A stretch of DNA of 32,000 nucleotides, from the NCBI RefSeq assembly GCF_017876815.1, contig NZ_JAGIOS010000001.1, positions 2,970,001 to 3,002,000 of the forward strand, given 5' to 3'. The DNA comes from Sinorhizobium meliloti (lineage in GTDB: Bacteria > Pseudomonadota > Alphaproteobacteria > Rhizobiales > Rhizobiaceae). A program made the position numbers and the translations under genes. Positions 8,904 to 16,602 of the stretch are shown piece by piece (position 1 is the stretch's first letter; each line of letters begins with the position of its first letter). The notes beneath the pieces were generated by a model. The model searched no databases. It saw nothing but the letters and a program-made list of their open reading frames with translations, and was not told where the DNA came from.

Positions 8904-9737
8904 ATGTCATTCTTCGGCATTTCCGGAATGTACTTTTCCGGTGAATCCCTCGGCGAGCACCGTATCGTGCTTGCCGAGGACTCCAACCTCTTTGCTTCGA
9001 TGGTCTCGAAGCGGCTGAAGGAGCTTTTCGATATCGATGTGATCGTCTGTCGTGACTACGAGGACTTGCAGTTCGCGGTCGAAAACGCTTCCTTCGCGCC
9101 ATCTCTCGCCATTTCCAATATCAACCTTCCAGGCGCAGAGAACGGAGAGGCACTCACCTACCTGATCGAAATGAGCGTGCCGACGATCGTCTTCACCGGT
9201 TCGTTTCAGGAGAGCACGCGCGAGACGATCCTCGCCAAGGACATTGTCGATTATGTCATCAAGGACAGCGTCTTTGCTGTCGATATGCTGGCAGAGTCCG
9301 TCTGCCGATTCCTGACGAACCAGCAGCATCACGTGTTGATCGTCGACGATAGCGCGACGGCCCGGGCCGTGTTGACGACGCAGTTGAAGCGCTACAATTT
9401 CAGAACGAGCTCGGCGGAAAACGGCTCTGCGGCGCTGGAAATCCTGAAGAACAATCCGGACATCGCCCTCGTCATAACCGACTACAATATGCCCGATATC
9501 GACGGTTTCGAGCTTACGCGGCGAATCCGCGCCGCCCACGGCCCGCATCAGCTAAGGATCATCGGTGTGTCGTCGTCGAAGGACCGGCTGCTTTCCGCCC
9601 GGTTCCTCAAAGCCGGCGGCAACGATTTCGTCGTTCGCCCCTTCGTCAACGAGGAATTCTACTGCCGCGTCAATCAGAACCTCGATACGCTCACCAAGGT
9701 GAGAACTTTGAACGCGAGGACCAAGATCCCGGCCTGA
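8904..9737 (+). CDS. Stand-alone response regulator with two receiver domains (REC1 degenerate, REC2 with acceptor Asp)
   Basis: REC1 reads IVLAEDS...LAISNINLPG...IVFTGS...YVIKD. REC2 reads VLIVDDS...LVITDYNMPDIDG...IIGVSS...DFVVRPF. There is no output domain. Confidence 0.85.
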   Translation: MSFFGISGMYFSGESLGEHRIVLAEDSNLFASMVSKRLKELFDIDVIVCRDYEDLQFAVENASFAPSLAISNINLPGAENGEALTYLIEMSVPTIVFTGSFQESTRETILAKDIVDYVIKDSVFAVDMLAESVCRFLTNQQHHVLIVDDSATARAVLTTQLKRYNFRTSSAENGSAALEILKNNPDIALVITDYNMPDIDGFELTRRIRAAHGPHQLRIIGVSSSKDRLLSARFLKAGGNDFVVRPFVNEEFYCRVNQNLDTLTKVRTLNARTKIPA

Positions 9738-9742
9738 AGGAC

Positions 9743-9788
9743 GACCGCCATTCGGGCGGTCCGGGCGACCGGCGCCGCCGGTTGATTT
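9743..9788 (+). terminator. Two successive small hairpins after the response regulator gene, ending in tgattt
   Basis: The hairpins are gaccgcc-attcg-ggcggtc and accgg-cgccg-ccggt. Confidence 0.4.
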
Positions 9789-9917
9789 GGGCCGGTTTCA
9801 GGAGAAAACGCCGGCGCGGATGACGCAGGGTCCGTCATGGGCGTTGACGTGGCACCGGCAGTTGCCGGTGCCGCCCGATGAAGGCCTCGCCGTTCAATCG
9901 TTCCGAAACGCGGCGAT

Positions 9918-10922
9918 CTACCGCGCCATCTGCAGCGTCAGCTTTCGCTCGGCGCGTTCCTGTTGCGGCGAGCGGTTGTAAAGCTCGCGGTAACACTTCG
10001 AAAAATGCGAAGCGGAAACGAAGCCGCAGGCGACGGCGACTTCCACAACCGGCATGGACGACTGGATAAGCAGGTGCCGGGCGCGGTCGAGGCGGATTTC
10101 CAGATAATAGCGGGCAGGCGATCTGCCCATCTCCTGGCGGAAAAGCCGCTCGATCTGACGGCGAGACAGGTCCGCGCTTTCTGCGATCTCCAGTAGCGAC
10201 AGCGGCTCGGAGAGGTTGCTCTCCATCAGTTCGATGATCGACAGGACCTTGGCGTTCTGGACGCCGAGACGCGCTCTCAGCGGCAGCCGCTGGCGGTCGT
10301 GCGGCCCGCGCACCCGATCGGTGAGCGCTTGTTCGCAGACGCGGTTGACGAGGTTCTCGCCGAAATCCTGATCGATCAGGTTCAGCATCATGTCGAGCGA
10401 GGCGGTGCCGCCGGCGCACGTATAGATGTTGCCGTCGATCTCGTAGAGGTCCGCATATACATCGGCCTGGGGGAAGCTCTCGGAGAAGCCCGGCAGGTTT
10501 TCCCAATGGATCGCGCAGCGCTTGCCCGTGAGCAGGCCCGCCGAGGCGAGCACATGGGCGCCCGTACAGAGACTGCCGACGGCGATGCCGCGGTTATAGG
10601 CTTCGCGCAGCCATGCATTCACCGACTTGTTCTGGAAGTCCTCGACATAGACGCCCGAACAGACCAGCACCATGGATGGGCGGCTTTCTCCGCCGAGATA
10701 TTTGCGTTCGTCGGCGAGCGAGGTGTTGACTTCGAGCGCAATGCCCGCCGACGAATAGACCTTTTGGCCGTCGGTCGAGGCGAGACGCCACGTGTAGGCT
10801 TCGTAACCGAGCATCCGGTTGGCGATGCGGAGCGTCTCGATCGCCGCCGAAAAGGGCAGCATCGAAAAGTTTGGCACCAGAAAGAAGACGAGCGAACGCT
10901 TCTTCGTCAGCGGTTTGTGCAT
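9918..10922 (-). CDS. GlxA-family transcriptional regulator (DJ-1/PfpI-like domain + AraC HTH), GbdR/CdhR-like architecture
   Basis: From ATG 10922 (RBS GGGAGG) the translation reads MHKPLTKKRSLVFFLVPNFSMLPFSAAIETLRIANR. The C-terminal AraC HTH reads LSLLEIAESADLSRRQIERLFRQEMGRSPARYY...VACGFVSASHFSKCYRELY. Confidence 0.9.
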   Translation of the reverse strand: MHKPLTKKRSLVFFLVPNFSMLPFSAAIETLRIANRMLGYEAYTWRLASTDGQKVYSSAGIALEVNTSLADERKYLGGESRPSMVLVCSGVYVEDFQNKSVNAWLREAYNRGIAVGSLCTGAHVLASAGLLTGKRCAIHWENLPGFSESFPQADVYADLYEIDGNIYTCAGGTASLDMMLNLIDQDFGENLVNRVCEQALTDRVRGPHDRQRLPLRARLGVQNAKVLSIIELMESNLSEPLSLLEIAESADLSRRQIERLFRQEMGRSPARYYLEIRLDRARHLLIQSSMPVVEVAVACGFVSASHFSKCYRELYNRSPQQERAERKLTLQMAR

Positions 10923-11066
10923 GAAACCTCCCAGGCTAAAGCACGTTGCATAGATCGAATTCATGCGACGCACTTCAGGTCGTCGCTTTCGTGCATGTCG
11001 TCAGCCCCAAACCGCTGCGCACTTTTGGCGACATGCATTAAGGCTCGCATATTCGTCGCTTGGAAT

Positions 11067-11231
11067 ATGCGCTTCAGCTTGTCGAATTGCGACATTGGCA
11101 TGGAAAGCCGCGACTGGGAAGAGATTTCGCATTGCGACATCCCTCCGCCCGGGCCTGTCGCGTGCCGGGTCGACGAGTGTATGAAATGCGACAAGATCAT
11201 GGACCGCGATGACGTAATCGAGCAAAAATGA
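11067..11231 (+). CDS. Candidate 54-aa Cys/Asp-rich small ORF (very uncertain; overlapping minus-strand small ORFs are equally possible)
   Basis: The translation is MRFSLSNCDIGMESRDWEEISHCDIPPPGPVACRVDECMKCDKIMDRDDVIEQK. My hand count of GC3 is ~73%. There is no clear RBS. The repeated TGCGAC reads as Cys-Asp in this frame. Confidence 0.2.
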   Translation: MRFSLSNCDIGMESRDWEEISHCDIPPPGPVACRVDECMKCDKIMDRDDVIEQK

Positions 11232-11407
11232 GGCAAACTGAGCGAAAGTTGCGCAGGTGCGCTTGAGCTGCGGCTTTACCGCTAGCGACTTTTCACCTTT
11301 GCAGAATTCGGATGTCGGTATCTGACAAGACGCATTGGAGAGCGCGCAGCTTCAGGGCCTGTCCCCAATGCAACGCAGCGACGGTGCGGCTTGCATGGGC
11401 GTTTAAA

Positions 11408-11424
11408 ATAGGGTACCCCCCTAT
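11408..11424. promoter_or_regulatory. Probable DmeR/RcnR-type operator (ATA-GGGTACCCCCC-TAT)
   Basis: AT-rich inverted arms flank a G/C tract, the architecture known for RcnR/DmeR sites. The site ends 3 nt before the dmeR ATG, and a TAAAAT hexamer overlaps its left edge. Confidence 0.6.
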
Positions 11425-11427
11425 GCT

Positions 11428-11700
11428 ATGTCCCATACGATCAGAGATCAGGAAAAGTTGCTCGCCCGTGTCCGTCGGCTAAAGGGGCAGATGGAGGCGG
11501 TCGAGCGTGCGCTCGAAGCCCGCCAGCCCTGCGGCGATATTCTCAACCTCGTCGCCTCCGTGCGTGGTGCGGTCAACGGGCTGACGATCGAGCTGATAGA
11601 AGATCATATTCGCGGGCACGTAGCCGGCCACGAAACCCAGGGAGAGCGCGAAGAGGGCGCTGCCGAACTGATCGAAATCGTCAGGAGATACCTGAAATGA
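11428..11700 (+). CDS. dmeR: CsoR/RcnR-family metal-sensing repressor, Ni/Co type
   Basis: 90 aa. The RcnR fingerprint residues fall exactly at H3, C35, H60 and H64 by my count. An ATGA overlap joins it to the downstream CDF gene. Confidence 0.85.
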   Translation: MSHTIRDQEKLLARVRRLKGQMEAVERALEARQPCGDILNLVASVRGAVNGLTIELIEDHIRGHVAGHETQGEREEGAAELIEIVRRYLK

Positions 11701-12662
11701 GCGAAACCCATTCACCGGCGCCCGCAGGCCATGATCATGTATTCCTCGGCGACAATCACCAGCGCAACGAAAGGCGAACATGGTTCGTCATCGCACTGAC
11801 TGCGGGGATGATGGTCGCGGAGATCGCCGCGGGTACCTTTTACGGTTCCATGGCGTTGGTCGCCGACGGCTGGCACATGTCGACGCACGCCGCGGCCCTG
11901 CTGATCGCGGCGCTTGCCTATCTCTACGCCCGGCGCAACGCCCGCAACCCGCGCTTTACCTTCGGTACGGGCAAGCTTGGCGATCTCGCCGGTTTCTCAA
12001 GCGCGATCGTACTTGCCTTGATCGCTCTGCTGATAGGCTGGGAAAGCCTTCTGCGCCTTGCCAATCCGGTGGCGATCAGTTTTCCGCAGGCCATTTCGGT
12101 GGCCGTGCTCGGACTTGCGGTCAATCTCGCCTGTGCCTGGCTGCTTCGCGAGGATCATTCACATCACCACCACGGTCACCATCACCACGGCCATCATCAC
12201 CATCACGAGCACCACCATAGCGTCTCGGCCCACGGCCGGGACAACAACCTGCGTGCTGCCTACCTGCATGTGCTGGCGGACGCGCTCACCTCGGTCCTCG
12301 CGATCGTCGCGCTTGCAGCCGGCAGCGTCTATGGCTGGATATGGCTCGATCCGATGATGGGCATCGTCGGCGCGCTGGTGATTGCCCGCTGGTCATGGGG
12401 CCTGATACGGGACAGCGGCAGCGTGCTGCTCGATTACATCCCGCCGGGCGAGGACCTGCCGGACGAAATACGCGCGGCGATCGAGCGGGACGGGGATCGG
12501 ATCACCGATCTGCACGTGTGGCAGCTTGGGCCCGGCCACCACGGTGCCATCGTTTCGCTGGTGACGAAGAATCCGCAAAGCCCGTCGACCTACCGCCGCA
12601 AGCTCGAGCACATCCACGAGCTTTCGCACGTGACGGTCGAGGTCGAGCCGCTGGCGGCCTGA
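11697..12662 (+). CDS. dmeF: Cation diffusion facilitator Co(II)/Ni(II) efflux transporter
   Basis: CDF TM motifs are present (MVAEIAAGTFYGSMALVADGWHMSTH; HVLADALTSV). The cytoplasmic loop is His-rich (HSHHHHGHHHHGHHHHHEHHH). The gene is paired with dmeR. Confidence 0.9.
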   Translation: MSETHSPAPAGHDHVFLGDNHQRNERRTWFVIALTAGMMVAEIAAGTFYGSMALVADGWHMSTHAAALLIAALAYLYARRNARNPRFTFGTGKLGDLAGFSSAIVLALIALLIGWESLLRLANPVAISFPQAISVAVLGLAVNLACAWLLREDHSHHHHGHHHHGHHHHHEHHHSVSAHGRDNNLRAAYLHVLADALTSVLAIVALAAGSVYGWIWLDPMMGIVGALVIARWSWGLIRDSGSVLLDYIPPGEDLPDEIRAAIERDGDRITDLHVWQLGPGHHGAIVSLVTKNPQSPSTYRRKLEHIHELSHVTVEVEPLAA

Positions 12663-12675
12663 GAGGCAGGTCGAT

Positions 12676-13275
12676 CTATCGCGCCTTGCGCCGCGGATAG
12701 GGCGTCTCGCCCCGGGCGAGCATGCCGACATATTTTTCGATGCGCGCGGCGCGCGTCTCGCTCTTCTTCGCGTCGTGAATGCGGAAGAGGATTGCATAGC
12801 GATTTCGGCTGTCGAGTTCGTCGAACAGCATCTTAGCGGCTGCATTCTGCGCGAGCGCATCGTGAAGATCGTCAGGAACGGTCGCCTTGCTCGGCGGTGG
12901 CGCGGCGGCATCCCATCGGCCGTCGGTCCTGGCGCGTTCAACTTCGGCAAGGCCGCGCGGCGTCATGCGCCCCTCGGCGATCAATTCGGTCGCCCGAGCG
13001 CAATTCACCTGCGACCATCGGCTGCGCGCACGGCGCGGCGTGTATTTGTTCAGGTAGAAGTCGCTGTCGGATCCAATACGCTGACCGTCGATCCAGCCGT
13101 AACAGAGCGCCACATCGAGCGCCTCCCTCGGCGTGATGCTCGCTATCCCGGACGCTTTCTTGGCGAATTTCACCCAGAGCCCTTTGCAATCGGAGCCTTG
13201 CTCCGCGATCCACGTTTCGAAGGTCTTTGCGTCCGCAAAATGGATCACCGGCAATTGGGCTTCAATTTCACTCAT
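12676..13275 (-). CDS. YdeI/OmpD-associated family protein
   Basis: From ATG 13275 the translation reads MSEIEAQLPVIHFADAKTFETWIAEQ...WVKFAKKASG...ALCYGWIDGQR...RYAILFRIHDAKKSETRAARIEKYV. Confidence 0.8.
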   Translation of the reverse strand: MSEIEAQLPVIHFADAKTFETWIAEQGSDCKGLWVKFAKKASGIASITPREALDVALCYGWIDGQRIGSDSDFYLNKYTPRRARSRWSQVNCARATELIAEGRMTPRGLAEVERARTDGRWDAAAPPPSKATVPDDLHDALAQNAAAKMLFDELDSRNRYAILFRIHDAKKSETRAARIEKYVGMLARGETPYPRRKAR

Positions 13276-13509
13276 GAGGATTACCGATCTGCTGGGAGCT
13301 CTTGGCACGGGCCGCTTTTACGAAAGCAAAAACCTACCGCTGACGCCAGCTGCAAATTTTACCAGGAGGCGAGGGTCGTCCGAGCAAAGGCAGTCACAGG
13401 CCGCGCGCATTGCTGAAAAAATTGCGTTGATCAATGTCGGAGACCGGGAGCTCCGCTCGTCTTATCATCGAAACCGGCATAGGCCGGCCGCAAACCGAGG
13501 AGAAGACCT

Positions 13510-14373
13510 ATGTTCCGCATCGCACTGATTGCCGCGACCCTGCTTGTTGCGGGCGCCACGCTTGCCCGATCCGAACCGGCGGGCAATCGGGTCAAGGTCA
13601 ACGGCATGGAAATGTATTACGAAGTCTCGGGCGAGGGCGACCCGCTCATCGTGCTGCACGGCGCCTACATGAACATCCCCTCGATGGGTACGATCATCCC
13701 GAAGCTCGCCGAGACCCACAAGGTCTATGCGATCGAGTTCCAGGGCCACGGCCGCACCACGGATATCGACCGGCCGATCACCTATCCCAATCTGGCCGAT
13801 GATGTCGCGGCCTTCATGGATGCCGTGAAGATCGAAAAGGCCGATGTCTTCGGCTACTCCATGGGTGCGGCTGCCGGTCTGCAGCTTGCCATCCGCCACC
13901 CGGAAAAGGTCGACAAGCTCGCCGCCGCCTCCGTCGCCTATGATGCCGAGGGCTGGCAGCCGGCGTTCAAGGCCTTCATTCCCCAGATGTCGGTCGAGAT
14001 GTTCGTCAACATGCCGTTTGCCGAGGACTATCGCAAGCTCGCGGCCAATCCCGACGGTTTTCCCGAACTCGTCAGGAAGCTGATCGCGCTGGAGAAGGAG
14101 CCGATGGCATGGGAAGCGGACGTCAGGGCGCTGAAAACCCCGGTTTTGATCATCACCGGCGATGCGGACGTGGCGACGCTCGAACATTCGGTCGCTCTGT
14201 TCCGGCTGCTCGGCGGGGGCGTCATGGGCGACATGGGCAAACCGCTGCCCGCCTCGCGCCTTGCCGTCCTCCCGGCGACGTCGCATACCGCCGTCATCAG
14301 CCAGCCCGAGTTGCTTCATGCGTTCGTCGAACCATTTCTGAAGGGCAAGACGCCGAAGGGATTCTTCGAGTAG
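13510..14373 (+). CDS. Secreted alpha/beta-fold hydrolase
   Basis: RBS GAGGAG. Signal peptide MFRIALIAATLLVAGATLA. The translation also has an HG oxyanion motif (LIVLHGAY) and the nucleophile elbow GYSMGA. Confidence 0.85.
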   Translation: MFRIALIAATLLVAGATLARSEPAGNRVKVNGMEMYYEVSGEGDPLIVLHGAYMNIPSMGTIIPKLAETHKVYAIEFQGHGRTTDIDRPITYPNLADDVAAFMDAVKIEKADVFGYSMGAAAGLQLAIRHPEKVDKLAAASVAYDAEGWQPAFKAFIPQMSVEMFVNMPFAEDYRKLAANPDGFPELVRKLIALEKEPMAWEADVRALKTPVLIITGDADVATLEHSVALFRLLGGGVMGDMGKPLPASRLAVLPATSHTAVISQPELLHAFVEPFLKGKTPKGFFE

Positions 14374-14417
14374 GGAGCACTGCTGACGGCGACTGTTTAG
14401 CGCTCCCTCGAAACAAG

Positions 14418-14445
14418 AAGGGCATTCCGTTGCGGGAATGCCCTT
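14418..14445. terminator. 11-bp-stem hairpin aagggcattcc-gttgcg-ggaatgccctt between convergent genes
   Basis: Perfect inverted repeat read directly. Confidence 0.55.
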
Positions 14446-14496
14446 ATAGTCTGGTCTTGCGGTCAATGCCGGGAGGGTGGCATCTGCAGTCTTTAA

Positions 14497-14697
14497 TCAT
14501 TGGTCCGTCTTATGTACTGCATCATCGACGGAGGGGAAGCCGATATCCTTCAACGTGTCGTAGGAGAGGTTCTCCAGGACACGTTCGTTGCGGTGCCGCT
14601 TCCAGGCTGCCCAGGCACGGGCCCGCAGGTTGAAAAGTCCGGGCAGGGCTGCAAGACCCTGGCTCGATGCGGATGACGAATGCTCGTTCATAGACAT
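14497..14697 (-). CDS. DUF1127 domain-containing small protein
   Basis: 66 aa. The Arg-rich segment plus C-terminal motif WKRHRNERVLENLSYDTLKDIGF is characteristic of DUF1127. RBS AGAAGGAA. Confidence 0.8.
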   Translation of the reverse strand: MSMNEHSSSASSQGLAALPGLFNLRARAWAAWKRHRNERVLENLSYDTLKDIGFPSVDDAVHKTDQ

Positions 14698-14775
14698 TGC
14701 TGGTTCCTTCTGAGTTCCTCAAAAGGTCGCGACCATGGACGTTATGGTGCAACGCGATTGATCATTCAAACGAAT

Positions 14776-14800
14776 ATGTTTGATGTAATTCATCAAACAT
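14776..14800. promoter_or_regulatory. Perfect 10-bp AT-rich inverted repeat (atgtttgatg-taatt-catcaaacat) between the two small genes
   Basis: It overlaps the stop codon of the upstream minus-strand gene. It could be an intrinsic terminator or an operator for the DUF1127 gene. Confidence 0.45.
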
Positions 14801-15122
14801 CGTGATTGATTTCGCCCGCTATAGCCTTTCTATCGGATGCTCTGATCGGCTGCTGTTCCGCGGGTAACAGGTCGTTTCGCACCCTGGCTGGAAGTCTCGC
14901 CAATTGCCGGCGTGTTTCCACCCGATTCCTGACCAGATTGCCGGCACGCCGCCGCTCGGCAATCAGTTCAATAAGAGATCGGGCATGCCACAGCATCGCC
15001 AGAACGATGTCCCCCTCATCGATGGATCGAGCCTGCCTGGGCGCCCGATCGGTGGGTGCGGCGCTCGGGGCCGGTCTTTCATGAGGGGCGCCATTATTGA
15101 TCGCCAACGTCAGAGCGGACAT
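14793..15122 (-). CDS. Hypothetical small protein, possibly a divergent DUF1127-like protein
   Basis: From ATG 15122 with strong RBS AAGGAGAAGG, 109 aa. An Arg-rich segment (RNRVETRRQLARLPARVRNDL) weakly resembles the DUF1127 core. Confidence 0.5.
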   Translation of the reverse strand: MSALTLAINNGAPHERPAPSAAPTDRAPRQARSIDEGDIVLAMLWHARSLIELIAERRRAGNLVRNRVETRRQLARLPARVRNDLLPAEQQPIRASDRKAIAGEINHDV

Positions 15123-15187
15123 AGCCTTCTCCTTCTGGTTCAGGGCGTTTCCGTCCCTTGCAGCTTGACTATCGCGCATGCGTGATG

Positions 15188-15206
15188 TTCAATCAAACGA
15201 AATGAA
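15188..15206. promoter_or_regulatory. Candidate LysR box TTCA-N11-TGAA in the divergent promoter region
   Basis: It fits the generic T-N11-A LysR-type binding pattern and lies between the LysR gene and the small-protein genes. Confidence 0.3.
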
Positions 15207-15246
15207 GTTAAGCTATCTTTCAGTTTTTCTGATCGAGGATGCCGCC

Positions 15247-16143
15247 ATGAACATGATGATGCGCCACGCGCTTCCGCTGCTCGAAATGGACGTGCTCAAG
15301 ACTTTCGTCGCCATTGCCGAGACCGGTAACTTTACGACCGCCGCGGAGACGGTCTACCGCACGCCTTCGGCGGTTTCGATGCAGATCAAGAAGCTCGAGG
15401 AAATGCTTGGCTGCACGTTGTTCCTGCGCGACGCCCGCTCGGTGTCGCTGACGCCGAAGGGCGAGCTCCTGCTCGGCTATGCCCGGCGGCTTCTGTCGCT
15501 CAATAACGAGACGGTGTCCCGCTTCCTGTTGCCCGACATGAACGGTGTGGTGCGGGTCGGTGCGCCGGAGGATGTCGGCGAGCGAATCCTGCCTGATGTA
15601 TTGAAGCGCTTTGCCGAGACGTATCCGAACGTCACCATCGACGTTTCGATCGGCATGAGCAACGCGATGCGCAAGCGGGTCGACGAGCACCGCCTGGACA
15701 TCGCCGTGTTCAACAGCCTTTCCGAGGAATCTGCCAAGGGCGCCGAAATCCTGATGCAGGAGAAACTGGTCTGGGCAGGTGCGAAATGCGGGAACGCGCA
15801 TCTGCGCGATCCTCTTCCGGTTTCCATGTGGGAGGACGGCTGCGTCTGGCGTGCCGATGCGGTCGAGAAGCTGTCGCGTGCGGGCCGCAAGTTCCGCGTC
15901 GCCTTTTTGAGCGCCTATACCACCGGACAGCGTGCGGCTGTTCTCGCCGGGCTCGCGATCGCGCCGCTGCCGCGCTACCTCGTCCAGGGCGAGATGGTCC
16001 AGCTCGGCGAGCGTGACGGCCTGCCGGATCTCGGTCACTACAACATCGGCCTCAAGGTCATCGAAGATGCGCCGGCGCCGGTTCTGGCGGTCGCGGAGCA
16101 TGTTCGGGCTGCCTTCGCCGAGCTGCGGATGCAGGCGGCATAA
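15247..16143 (+). CDS. LysR-family transcriptional regulator
   Basis: From ATG 15247 (RBS GAGGA). The N-terminal HTH reads LKTFVAIAETGNFTTAAETVYRTPSAVSMQIKKLEEMLGCTLFLR, followed by a typical substrate-binding domain. Confidence 0.9.
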   Translation: MNMMMRHALPLLEMDVLKTFVAIAETGNFTTAAETVYRTPSAVSMQIKKLEEMLGCTLFLRDARSVSLTPKGELLLGYARRLLSLNNETVSRFLLPDMNGVVRVGAPEDVGERILPDVLKRFAETYPNVTIDVSIGMSNAMRKRVDEHRLDIAVFNSLSEESAKGAEILMQEKLVWAGAKCGNAHLRDPLPVSMWEDGCVWRADAVEKLSRAGRKFRVAFLSAYTTGQRAAVLAGLAIAPLPRYLVQGEMVQLGERDGLPDLGHYNIGLKVIEDAPAPVLAVAEHVRAAFAELRMQAA

Positions 16144-16217
16144 TTGCGCAAGCGGCTTCCCGGGACCGCCAAACGACCCGAGAAGCAAACGTCGCGCTGA
16201 AATTGGGGTGGACGATG

Positions 16218-16250
16218 ATAAGTTATGGCTTATAATAAGCTATGACTTAT
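16218..16250. promoter_or_regulatory. 33-bp imperfect palindrome overlapping the ArsR-family start codon (probable autoregulatory operator)
   Basis: The sequence is ataagttatggcttat-a-ataagctatgacttat, with 14 of 16 arm positions complementary. Confidence 0.5.
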
Positions 16251-16571
16251 GATCAGGACAGAGCCTTTATTGCCCTTGCCGATCCAACGCGCCGTGCCAT
16301 CTTCGAGAAGGTGGCCGAGCGGCGGCAGTCGGTCGCCGAGATCGCCCGGGCGATGCCGGTTTCACAGCCGGCGATCTCACAGCATTTGAAGATACTCAAG
16401 GAGGCACACCTCGTGCGCGATGTGCCGTCGGGTGCGCGGCGAATCTATTCGATCGATCCGAACGGGCTGGGGCCGCTCAGGAAATGGCTCGACCGATTCT
16501 GGGACGATCAGCTCGCCGCTTTCAAGCAGGCGGCCGAGGGGGCCGAGCGTTCCGAAGAAGCCGAAGAGTAA
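16242..16571 (+). CDS. ArsR/SmtB-family transcriptional regulator
   Basis: The translation reads FIALADPTRRAIFEKVAERRQSVAEIARAMPVSQPAISQHLKILKEAHLV. Confidence 0.9.
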   Translation: MTYDQDRAFIALADPTRRAIFEKVAERRQSVAEIARAMPVSQPAISQHLKILKEAHLVRDVPSGARRIYSIDPNGLGPLRKWLDRFWDDQLAAFKQAAEGAERSEEAEE

Positions 16572-16602
16572 CTTTATCGCGATCTCACGGGAGGAGGACC
16601 TC

